A DNA stretch of 64,000 nucleotides from Chloroflexota bacterium (lineage in GTDB: Bacteria; Chloroflexota; Dehalococcoidia; Lucifugimonadales; GCA-002723415), in assembly GCA_002721445.1 (NCBI GenBank), contig PBKN01000008.1, positions 4,156 through 68,155 on the forward strand, given 5' to 3'. Shown piece after piece: positions 1 through 8,102 of the stretch. The position numbers and the translations under genes are program-made. Each line of letters starts with the position of its first letter. Within the stretch, counting starts at the first letter, position 1. The notes under the pieces were generated by a model. The model made no database searches, was not told the DNA's origin, and was given only the letters and a program-made list of their open reading frames with translations.

Positions 1-1
1 T

Positions 2-310
2 TCTAAAGGTGGAATAATAGCTCTAACAACAACAATGGCTTCTGAACATGGTAGAGAAGGTATTAGAGTTAATGCTATTGCACCTGGATACCTATACACC
101 CCAATGGTTGCAGATAAAATGACAGATGAACAAAGAGAACTAAGAAGGAAAGCTTCTCCTCTAGGTACTGAAGGAACTGCATGGGATGTGGCATGGGGAG
201 CTTTATATTTAGCAAGTGAGGAAGCTAGATGGGTAACAGGTATAGTACTTCCTATTGACGGAGGAATATTAACTACTTCACCTTTATCTATGCATCATCA
301 CTTAAAATAA
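2..310 (+). CDS. SDR-family oxidoreductase, C-terminal fragment (5' end lies outside the window)
   Basis: The frame is open from the window edge. The translation ...GREGIRVNAIAPGYLYTPM...WVTGIVLPIDGG is the typical SDR segment downstream of the catalytic Tyr/Lys. Confidence 0.8.
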   Translation, partial: SKGGIIALTTTMASEHGREGIRVNAIAPGYLYTPMVADKMTDEQRELRRKASPLGTEGTAWDVAWGALYLASEEARWVTGIVLPIDGGILTTSPLSMHHHLK

Positions 311-390
311 GAATTATTGTAGTTGAATATAATTAATTATTATAATAATGTGTAATCAATAAAATATATACATATATAACAGAGGTCAAA

Positions 391-1461
391 TTGCAACAGC
401 AAATTGGAAGATACCAAATACTAGAAACTGTAGCTGTTGGTTCTCAAGGGTCAGTTTATCAAGCATATGATTCTGATACTGGGCAAGTAGTTGCTTTAAA
501 AGTTTTACTGTCTAATCACACGCAAAACCCTACTTATGTCGAAAGATTCAATAGAGAAGGCACAATGATTGCCTCTTTAGATCACCCAAATATAGTTAAA
601 ATATTTGAGGTGGGAAATGACGGAGACACTCATTTCATGTCTTTTGAATATCTTCCTGAAAGTTTAGATAATATTATAAAAGCAAGTTCACCAATGATAG
701 TTAATAGCGTTGTAAAATTTGGGCAACAAATATGTGCAGGACTTGAATTGGCTCATGACAATGAAATTATTCATAGAGATATTAAGCCACAAAATATATT
801 AATCGGCTCTGCAGGGCAAGCTAAAATAGTGGACTTTGGAATCGCTCATGCTGATAGAATGTCTGGAATAACAGAAGCAGGTGCTATATTAGGTACTCCG
901 CATTATATGTCCCCTGAACAAGCTTTAGGTAAACCTGCAGATCACAGGTCAGATATCTATGCTTTAGGTTGTCTCCTATATCAAATGGTTTCAGGTGATT
1001 TACCATTTGATGATGAAGACCCAATGAAAGTCATAAGAATGCAAGTTGATGACCAGCCAGTTAAATTAAAAAAATTACGCTCAGATATCCCTAAAAAGCT
1101 TATTTCTATAATTGAAAAAGCGATGGCAAAAGAATTAGCTATACGTTACCAAAATATCTCTGATTTATCTTCTGATTTAAATAAACTTGAAAGAACTTTA
1201 CCAAGTCCCCAACTCACAAATCCTAATATAGTAACTCAAACTCAAGGTCAAGCCCAAATTGAAGCTCAACAAACTCAACAAGGTAAATTTAGACCTTCTG
1301 AGTCATGGTTAGATGAATGGTCACAAGCCTGGGATAAAACACATAAAAATAATCTAGCAAAGGTCACTGCTGTACTATCGATATTAGGTGGACTTGGATA
1401 TATATTAGTTCAATTTGGATATTTAACAATGATTACAGATGCAATTAAAAAAATATTTTAA
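391..1461 (+). CDS. Hanks-type Ser/Thr protein kinase with a single C-terminal membrane anchor
   Basis: Kinase motifs VALKVL, HRDIKPQNIL, DFGIA and GTPHYMSPEQ are present. A Gln-rich linker precedes one terminal hydrophobic helix (VTAVLSILGGLGYILVQFGYL). An AGAGG SD lies 5 nt before the TTG start. Confidence 0.9.
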   Translation: MQQQIGRYQILETVAVGSQGSVYQAYDSDTGQVVALKVLLSNHTQNPTYVERFNREGTMIASLDHPNIVKIFEVGNDGDTHFMSFEYLPESLDNIIKASSPMIVNSVVKFGQQICAGLELAHDNEIIHRDIKPQNILIGSAGQAKIVDFGIAHADRMSGITEAGAILGTPHYMSPEQALGKPADHRSDIYALGCLLYQMVSGDLPFDDEDPMKVIRMQVDDQPVKLKKLRSDIPKKLISIIEKAMAKELAIRYQNISDLSSDLNKLERTLPSPQLTNPNIVTQTQGQAQIEAQQTQQGKFRPSESWLDEWSQAWDKTHKNNLAKVTAVLSILGGLGYILVQFGYLTMITDAIKKIF

Positions 1462-1463
1462 AA

Positions 1464-2243
1464 CTATTTTTCTTCTATTTTTATAGTTTCTATAGCATCA
1501 CCAGGTTCTCTAGCAGTTCCAGGGTCTCTAATAGTTATATTGCTAACTACATCCATACCTTTAATAACTTTTCCGAACACTGTGTGACATGATTCTCTTG
1601 AGCAGTCTTTCTTATTACCTGCTGCATCGTATCCATCTAAGAATTCAGTCGGCACAAAGGTAATAAAAAATTGACTTCCATTTGTACCTTTACCTCCACG
1701 CACTCCAGCATTTGCCATTGATAGCATACCAGGTGAATCATGACGCCTTATAGGACTTGGTTCATTATCAAATGTGTAACCAGGCCCACCTGCACCACTA
1801 CCAGTAGGATCACCTCCTTGAGCCATAAAACCAGGTATTACTCTATGAAAAGTTACTCCGTCATAATAGCCATCTTTAGATAGAAAAACGAAACTGTTAA
1901 CAGTTACTGGAGCTTCTTTTGGATATAATTCAATTACTATCTCTCCACCTTTTTCTAAAACTATTGTGGCAGTATATTCTTTATCTGTATCAATTGTCAT
2001 TGGTGGAGCACTATCATATTGTTTCATACTTTTTCCTTTTGATTCTGTAGGTTTTTGTGTAGCTGCAGGTTTTTGTGTAGCTGCAGGTTGAGAACTCAAT
2101 TTCTGTTCACTCTTAAGAACTTCTTTAGTTTCTGCACTTGAAGTTTCAGTAGAGCTACAACTCATAATTAATAATAATAAAATTATAAAAGAATTAAAAA
2201 ACAAAAATTTATAACAATTAGTAATATTAATTCTATCAATCAT
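1464..2243 (-). CDS. cyclophilin-type peptidyl-prolyl cis-trans isomerase, predicted lipoprotein
   Basis: A lipobox-like LLLLIMSC is followed by a Ser/Thr/Pro/Gln-rich linker. The cyclophilin core FHRVIPGFMAQGGDP...GTNGSQFFIT is present. Confidence 0.9.
   Translation of the reverse strand: MIDRINITNCYKFLFFNSFIILLLLIMSCSSTETSSAETKEVLKSEQKLSSQPAATQKPAATQKPTESKGKSMKQYDSAPPMTIDTDKEYTATIVLEKGGEIVIELYPKEAPVTVNSFVFLSKDGYYDGVTFHRVIPGFMAQGGDPTGSGAGGPGYTFDNEPSPIRRHDSPGMLSMANAGVRGGKGTNGSQFFITFVPTEFLDGYDAAGNKKDCSRESCHTVFGKVIKGMDVVSNITIRDPGTAREPGDAIETIKIEEK
2050..2085. repeat. 18-nt tandem duplication inside the cyclophilin linker (encodes PAATQK PAATQK)
   Basis: ggtttttgtgtagctgca occurs twice back to back, in frame. 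Confidence 0.9.
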
Positions 2244-2297
2244 AATTTACCTCAATATATAATTTTTTTATATTTCAAATATACAATAATCATTTTT

Positions 2298-2317
2298 TCA
2301 AAAATTCGAATTTTTGA
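2298..2317. repeat. perfect 20-bp palindrome TCAAAAATTCGAATTTTTGA (candidate operator)
   Basis: Read directly; every position pairs about the central CG. It lies in the 126-nt gap upstream of the cyclophilin gene and overlaps a TTGTCA/TTGACA hexamer on either strand. Confidence 0.35.
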
Positions 2318-2369
2318 CAAGTGTTAAAGAGTTGAATTCAGGTTTTAAGTATATAAAAATCATTTAAAT

Positions 2370-3398
2370 TTATGATTTTTTCACAGACTCAATCATTGCT
2401 TGTATATACCCTTGAGCAAAAATCCTAGACCTGTAACCTCCCCAATTCCCAGGGAAATCTATATCGTTATCAATTAAAGGGCAATGATCATCCATAAATA
2501 CACCTTCATAACCATATTTATTATAGATTTTCATTGCTTTATACATATCTACATATCCATTATTAATAAATTCTTCAGAAAAACTTGGAAGCTGACTTGA
2601 AACATTTCTAAAATGCACATATAAAATCTTATTTCTTTTAGCAAAATATTCAATCATCTCATAAATATCTTCATTCATTTCAGAAAATGTCCCCTGACAA
2701 AACTCAATTCCATTTGCATCTGATGGATATATATCGATAAGCCTTTTATATGAATCAAAGCTACTTAGTATACGTGGCACACCATTAATTGAATCAACTG
2801 GAGGGTCATCAGGATGGATACCAAGCTTAATACCTTCTTCTTCAGCAACAGGAGTTATAGCTTTAATCCAATATTCTAAATTCCCCCACAAGTCTTCACT
2901 TGTGATATTTGAATCATCAGGAGAAAATTCATGTTCTATAGGATAATGTTTCATAGGTTGAAAATTATCTGTGTTTAAATTAAAGTATCTAGCTTTTGAG
3001 TCTCCTCTAATTTTAATATCTTCAGATCGCCAAACACAATTTAACATCCAGTGATAACCTAAAACAGGAATCCCAGCCCTAGCTATATCTCTAATTTCAT
3101 CAATTAATTCCTCAATAATCTCATCTCTTTTTGGTCCACCTAATAAAAGATCTCTGTATTTTGGATAGCACCCAATCCCACCTTCGATAGCTGCTATTTT
3201 TAATCCATAAGAATCAACTCTATCTACTAATTTCTTATAATCTTCAAGAGTCGCTCTAGGTTTATTCAATTTCACCTCTGTACCTGGCAAAAATCTAAAA
3301 CCTGGACCTCCGTATACAACTATATCCTTAACCCCAAGTTGAACTGAGGTATTAAGAACTTCTTCGTCTAATATTTTAATAGCCCAAGCATTTTTCAT
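2370..3398 (-). CDS. mannonate dehydratase (UxuA) family / xylose-isomerase-like TIM-barrel enzyme
   Basis: AITPVAEEEGIKLGIHPDDPPVDSINGVPRILSS and YVHFRNV...MDDH resemble the UxuA blocks AIIPVAEE..HPDDPP..GLPRI and HLR..DHG. Confidence 0.6.
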   Translation of the reverse strand: MKNAWAIKILDEEVLNTSVQLGVKDIVVYGGPGFRFLPGTEVKLNKPRATLEDYKKLVDRVDSYGLKIAAIEGGIGCYPKYRDLLLGGPKRDEIIEELIDEIRDIARAGIPVLGYHWMLNCVWRSEDIKIRGDSKARYFNLNTDNFQPMKHYPIEHEFSPDDSNITSEDLWGNLEYWIKAITPVAEEEGIKLGIHPDDPPVDSINGVPRILSSFDSYKRLIDIYPSDANGIEFCQGTFSEMNEDIYEMIEYFAKRNKILYVHFRNVSSQLPSFSEEFINNGYVDMYKAMKIYNKYGYEGVFMDDHCPLIDNDIDFPGNWGGYRSRIFAQGYIQAMIESVKKS

Positions 3399-3528
3399 AC
3401 TTAATCCAATTATTTAATTAAATGTTTTTTTAAAATTAAATTTTATGTTATGATAATTCAAAATTATTAATATAATAAAACCTTTAGATTGAAAATTATA
3501 CTTATAAATCTTTAATTAAGGAGCAATA

Positions 3529-5814
3529 ATGACTACTACACAAGATAGAAACGTAGTTCGATCACAAAAAGAATTCAAAGTTGTTGGCACAAGGCCACTT
3601 CTCAATTCCTCAACCGGTGCGCATAAAGTAACAGGAGAAGCTATTTACGGCGCTGATTTTTATCCTAATGAATACCTTCACGGCAAGGTTTTAAGAAGCC
3701 CTCATGGTCATGCTAAAATCAAATCCATTAATACTTCAAAAGCTGAAGCTTTGGAAGGTGTAAAAGCAGTTGTAACTTATAAAGATTACCCTACAAACAA
3801 TCCAGAAGGAACTCATGGCATGGCTGGATTGCCTATGAAGCAACTAAGAGATAATTCAATGGCTAGCGATAAGGTTTTATATGAAGGTCATCCAATCGCA
3901 GGAGTTGCTGCAGTAAACCCACATATTGCCGAAGAAGCATTATCCTTAATAGAAATAGACTATGAAGTGCTACCAGCAGTTCTTACAGCTCCAGAAGCAT
4001 TAAAAGATGGAGCTCCAATCTTGTTGGAAGATTTAAAAACTAAAGGAGATATAACTAAACAAAAGGGCCAAACTAATCTTGCAGAACATTTTCGACATGA
4101 AAAAGGAGATATTGAAAAAGGTTTTGGAGAAGCAGACCATATATTAGAACGTGAGTTTAACACTGCTACAGTTCATCAAGGATATATCGAACCTCAAAAC
4201 ACCACTGCTTATTGGGATAAGGACGGGAGACTTTTTATATGGCTAAGTACCCAAGGTCCATTTGAAGTAAGAAGTGACACAGCTATTGCTGTTGGAATAG
4301 ATGAAGCTAAAGTTAGAGTTACTCCTATGGAAATTGGCGGTGGATTCGGAGGTAAATTTCCTTTATACCATGAACCAGTAGCTGCACTTTTATCTAAAAA
4401 ATCAGGAAAAGCTGTGAAAATCGTAATGAGTAGGCAAGAAGTATTAGAAGGAACAGGCCCTACTCCAGGTTCATATTCAAAAGTGAAAATTGGAATTACA
4501 AATGAAGGAAAAATTACCGCAGGACAAGCATATATAGCATTTGAAGCAGGTGCATACCCTGGTTCACCAGTAGCTGCAGGAGCTCAATGCGTATTTGCAG
4601 CATATGATGTTCCCAATGGATTAGTTGATGGATTAGATGTAGTTGTAAACAAGCCAAAAGCTGCTGCTTACCGAGCGCCAGGAGCTACTCAAGTTGCAAT
4701 GGCAACTGAAACATTAATTGACGAATTAGCAGAAAAAATAGGTATGGACCCAATAGAAATAAGAATGATTAATGCTGCTAAAGAAGGAACAAGAAGAATA
4801 GACGGTCCAGTTTACCCACTAATAGGTTGTGAAGAAGTTTTAAAAGAAATGAAAAAACATCCTCACTATAATGCACCAATTACTAATAAAAATGTAGGAA
4901 GAGGTGTTGCTATAGGCTTTTGGTTTAATGCAGGCCTTCACTCTTCAGCAACTATTAGTGTAAACTCTGACGGAACAGTCAACTTAGTTGAAGGTAGCCC
5001 TGATATAGGAGGTAGTAGAGCTTCTTTATCTATGATGGCAGCTGAAGTCTTAGGAATAAACCCTGAAGACGTTAATGCAACAGTAACAAATACTGACCAA
5101 ATAGGATACACCTTTGGAACTGGAGGCAGTAGAGTAACTTTTGCTACAGGATGGGCAGTATATGAAGCTGCTCAAGATGCTAAAAAACAAATGATTGCAA
5201 GAGCTGCTAAGATCTGGGATGTTGATGCATCAACACTTGAATTAAAAGATGGAAATTTCCAATCAAAAACTGATTCTGCTCTTAAGATAACTTTTAAAGA
5301 ATTAGCTTCAGAATTACATGATGCTGGCGAACCAATACTAGGAGTTGGAAATGTTGATCCTTCTGGAGAAGGAGGAGCATTTGCCGGCAATATAGTAGAT
5401 GTAGAAGTTGATCCAGATACCGGAAAAGTAAAAATATTAAGATTCACAGTAATACAAGATGCTGGTAAAGCTATTCATCCTAGCTTCGTAGAAGGACAAA
5501 TGCAAGGCGGTAGTGTACAAGGAATCGGATGGGCTTTAAATGAAGAATATTTTTATAATAAATCTGGAAATATGTCTAATGTAAGTTTATTAGATTACAG
5601 AATGCCTACAAGTTTAGATTTACCTAATATAGATACAGTAATTGTAGAAGTTGCTAATCCAGGTCATCCTTTTGGAGTTCGAGGAGTAGGTGAAGTAAAC
5701 ATTGCTCCACCCCCAGCAGCAATAGCAAATGCTATAAACAAGGCTATAGGTGTAAGAATGAATGTGTTACCTATGAATCCTAATAATATAATGGATGCTA
5801 TTTGGAACAAATAA
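3529..5814 (+). CDS. xanthine dehydrogenase/aldehyde oxidase family molybdopterin-binding large subunit
   Basis: The 761-aa protein carries GEAIYGADF near the N-terminus, GGGFGGK, AAYRAPGATQ, and a C-terminal GVGEVNIAPPPAAIANAI typical of the family. An AAGGAG SD is present. Confidence 0.85.
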   Translation: MTTTQDRNVVRSQKEFKVVGTRPLLNSSTGAHKVTGEAIYGADFYPNEYLHGKVLRSPHGHAKIKSINTSKAEALEGVKAVVTYKDYPTNNPEGTHGMAGLPMKQLRDNSMASDKVLYEGHPIAGVAAVNPHIAEEALSLIEIDYEVLPAVLTAPEALKDGAPILLEDLKTKGDITKQKGQTNLAEHFRHEKGDIEKGFGEADHILEREFNTATVHQGYIEPQNTTAYWDKDGRLFIWLSTQGPFEVRSDTAIAVGIDEAKVRVTPMEIGGGFGGKFPLYHEPVAALLSKKSGKAVKIVMSRQEVLEGTGPTPGSYSKVKIGITNEGKITAGQAYIAFEAGAYPGSPVAAGAQCVFAAYDVPNGLVDGLDVVVNKPKAAAYRAPGATQVAMATETLIDELAEKIGMDPIEIRMINAAKEGTRRIDGPVYPLIGCEEVLKEMKKHPHYNAPITNKNVGRGVAIGFWFNAGLHSSATISVNSDGTVNLVEGSPDIGGSRASLSMMAAEVLGINPEDVNATVTNTDQIGYTFGTGGSRVTFATGWAVYEAAQDAKKQMIARAAKIWDVDASTLELKDGNFQSKTDSALKITFKELASELHDAGEPILGVGNVDPSGEGGAFAGNIVDVEVDPDTGKVKILRFTVIQDAGKAIHPSFVEGQMQGGSVQGIGWALNEEYFYNKSGNMSNVSLLDYRMPTSLDLPNIDTVIVEVANPGHPFGVRGVGEVNIAPPPAAIANAINKAIGVRMNVLPMNPNNIMDAIWNK

Positions 5815-5827
5815 GCTCCTAGGATTG

Positions 5828-6724
5828 CTAGACTAATTTAGGCTTTTTCCCAGACAGGGTTTTTCTCATGACGTTTATTAGCTTTTTAGCTGGTGAAGAA
5901 ATCTGTTTACCTTGTAATGTTATTATACCTACCTGTTCTACAGGTAAAATATTTGACATACTAATTATCTTAACAATATCTTCATCTTCTGGCTCAATAG
6001 CTAATCTAGGACCAACTGAAATACCGATACCCAAACTTACATATCGTTTTATAACTTCCATACTATCTAATTCTAAAATAACATCATAGTTCAAGCCTTT
6101 TATTCGAAAACCTTCTTCTAAAATTTGACGAGTATGTGTTGTCCTTTTAGTTAGTATTAAGGGCCATGGAGCAACTTGCTCTAGAGAAATTAAATTCTCA
6201 GATGCTATTGGATGGTTTAGTGGAGCAAGTAAAACACGTTCAAAAACAAATAATCCTTCAAAATTTAAATCAGTAGATCTTCTTGGAGGTGGAGACAGCC
6301 CTAATTCAACATCACCTGATTGAACCATTTTAATCACTTCTTCACGAGGCGCAGAGCTAATCCTAAATTGAACATTAGGATTATCACTAATAAAAACTTT
6401 TAAAACTCTTAATAAAGTGTGAGGAATAATATCAGGAGTTGATGCAATATATATAGGACCATTATTTTCTGCGTCCCTAGTAGACAAAGATAAAGAATCA
6501 ATACCATCAATTAGAGGAGAGGCTAAATTTAGTAATTTTTCACCGGGCAATGTAAGCTTTATCGGTCTCTTAACTCTATCAAATAAAATTATTCCTAAAC
6601 TATTTTCTAACCTTTTTATATGAGATGTAACCGTAGGCTGACCCACATTTAAAGCATCTGCAGCCTTAGATATACTACTTAACTTTGCTGCAACTATAAA
6701 ACTCTTTAATTCTCGAATTTCCAT
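5828..6724 (-). CDS. LysR-family transcriptional regulator
   Basis: The N-terminal HTH MEIRELKSFIVAAKLSSISKAADALNVGQPTVTSHIKRLE is present. I place the start at the ATG at 6724 (GAGGGTG SD 5-6 nt upstream) rather than the track start at 6745. Confidence 0.9.
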   Translation of the reverse strand: MEIRELKSFIVAAKLSSISKAADALNVGQPTVTSHIKRLENSLGIILFDRVKRPIKLTLPGEKLLNLASPLIDGIDSLSLSTRDAENNGPIYIASTPDIIPHTLLRVLKVFISDNPNVQFRISSAPREEVIKMVQSGDVELGLSPPPRRSTDLNFEGLFVFERVLLAPLNHPIASENLISLEQVAPWPLILTKRTTHTRQILEEGFRIKGLNYDVILELDSMEVIKRYVSLGIGISVGPRLAIEPEDEDIVKIISMSNILPVEQVGIITLQGKQISSPAKKLINVMRKTLSGKKPKLV

Positions 6725-6743
6725 ACTGGCACCCTCAAACATC

Positions 6744-6849
6744 ATTACGAAACATGATAATATTTATTACGAAAAATACATTTACATAATAAGATTAATA
6801 ATACACAATATTAGGTAAATAAATCAAGTGTAAAAATAATATTACGAAA
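6744..6849. promoter_or_regulatory. three direct copies of ATTACGAAA in the lysR / zinc-ribbon divergent intergenic region
   Basis: The copies lie at 6744-6752, 6766-6774 and 6841-6849. The first two are 22 bp apart. Confidence 0.3.
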
Positions 6850-6858
6850 GAAAATACA

Positions 6859-7041
6859 ATGATACTCTTAAAATCATGTCCTAGATGCACAACTGGAGAC
6901 TTATCTGTCTTAGATGATGTTATAGACGGAAAAACATATGCATGTCTTCAATGTGGACACTATTTCTATGATTTAGAAACTGAAAAGTCTAAACAAGACA
7001 TTGCTGATACAGAAGAATTACTCCAAGCAGAAGCTAAATAA
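6859..7041 (+). CDS. small zinc-ribbon protein (CxxC...CxxC), function unknown
   Basis: The 60-aa ORF contains CPRC-(21 aa)-CLQC followed by an acidic tail. It lies divergent from the LysR gene. Confidence 0.5.
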   Translation: MILLKSCPRCTTGDLSVLDDVIDGKTYACLQCGHYFYDLETEKSKQDIADTEELLQAEAK

Positions 7042-7047
7042 TTGAAT

Positions 7048-7079
7048 ATAAAGATATTTGTAGACATAAATATCTTTAT
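7048..7079 (+). terminator. AT-rich hairpin after the zinc-ribbon ORF (weak terminator candidate)
   Basis: ATAAAGATATTT-gtagacat-AAATATCTTTAT forms a 12-bp perfect stem, but the downstream T-run is poor. Confidence 0.3.
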
Positions 7080-7137
7080 TAATTAAAATCACAATATATT
7101 AATAAATATTTATAAAATTTTTTAAATAAATTTAACA

Positions 7138-7671
7138 ATGACTACAATTCATTATTTTATTCTAATTAACCTAATTGGTGGGATATTCGTTATTGGAAGT
7201 TACATTCTTGGTTTCAATTCTGAACTAGAGGATAAATTAGCTCTCTGGGGAGGAATTACTGGTAAAACAAGACAACTCTTCACTATATCAATGCTATTAT
7301 CAGCAACTGGTTATTTAACTTTCTTATTTTATATGATATTTAAAGGTGGATTAGATAATAATGATAATCCAACTTTTATAGGATTAAATATATTTTTAAT
7401 TTTATCTGTATTATTCCTACTTAGTGCTTCAATATGGATGCCAGCAACTGTAAAATTTTTAGAAACATCTACAAATTATTGGTGGTTAATTGCAGTTATA
7501 GTACTTTGGATAACTGCAATATCTTTAATGACTATGCTAATAACATTACTATATACTAATAATTTAGAACATAACATTAGTCTTAACTTAGCTACTATAG
7601 GTATAGGCTATATAACATTCCACTGTTTAGTTTTAGATGCAATTATATGGGTATTTAAATTTCCAAAATAA
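7138..7671 (+). CDS. hypothetical multi-pass membrane protein
   Basis: The 177-aa ORF has about 5 hydrophobic segments. I recognise no motif. Confidence 0.5.
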   Translation: MTTIHYFILINLIGGIFVIGSYILGFNSELEDKLALWGGITGKTRQLFTISMLLSATGYLTFLFYMIFKGGLDNNDNPTFIGLNIFLILSVLFLLSASIWMPATVKFLETSTNYWWLIAVIVLWITAISLMTMLITLLYTNNLEHNISLNLATIGIGYITFHCLVLDAIIWVFKFPK

Positions 7672-7679
7672 TATATTAA

Positions 7680-7982
7680 TTATCTTTTCAGTTCAATTAA
7701 TATATTTTTATAAGCATTTTTTGTATTATTAATAACTCTATGAATTTGATGATCTCCATGATATGCCCAATCGCCAATATTTGAGCCTTTACCTGTGGAC
7801 CCATCATGAAATTCTGCATCTAATCCCCCACCCTCTATACATATTGTAATGTAATCTCTCTTATGCATATGCCAATCACTAGCCTCACCTGGCTTTAAAA
7901 TCAAATTCCAAACCTTAACTTTATCATTCTCAAATAATACATCAGTTGCAATTTCTCCTAAAGTTTTTTCATTAAAACTCAT
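7680..7982 (-). CDS. cupin-domain protein
   Basis: The 100-aa protein contains G.ASDWHMH...ITICIEGG...H.V.N, spaced like the two cupin motifs. Confidence 0.6.
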   Translation of the reverse strand: MSFNEKTLGEIATDVLFENDKVKVWNLILKPGEASDWHMHKRDYITICIEGGGLDAEFHDGSTGKGSNIGDWAYHGDHQIHRVINNTKNAYKNILIELKR

Positions 7983-8102
7983 TATGCCTCCATATTTAAT
8001 CGATTATTATCTATATTTATTAACTAAAATTAATTTATATAATTTGATAATATATATTATAAATAAATACAATAAATTATTTTAATATAAAACTAAATAA
8101 AT

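Noticed and set aside
3529-5814. Aerobic carbon-monoxide dehydrogenase large subunit (CoxL).
   Set aside because: The active-site loop reads AYRAPGA rather than the form-I AY.CSFR signature, and coxM/coxS are not adjacent. Only the generic family call is kept.
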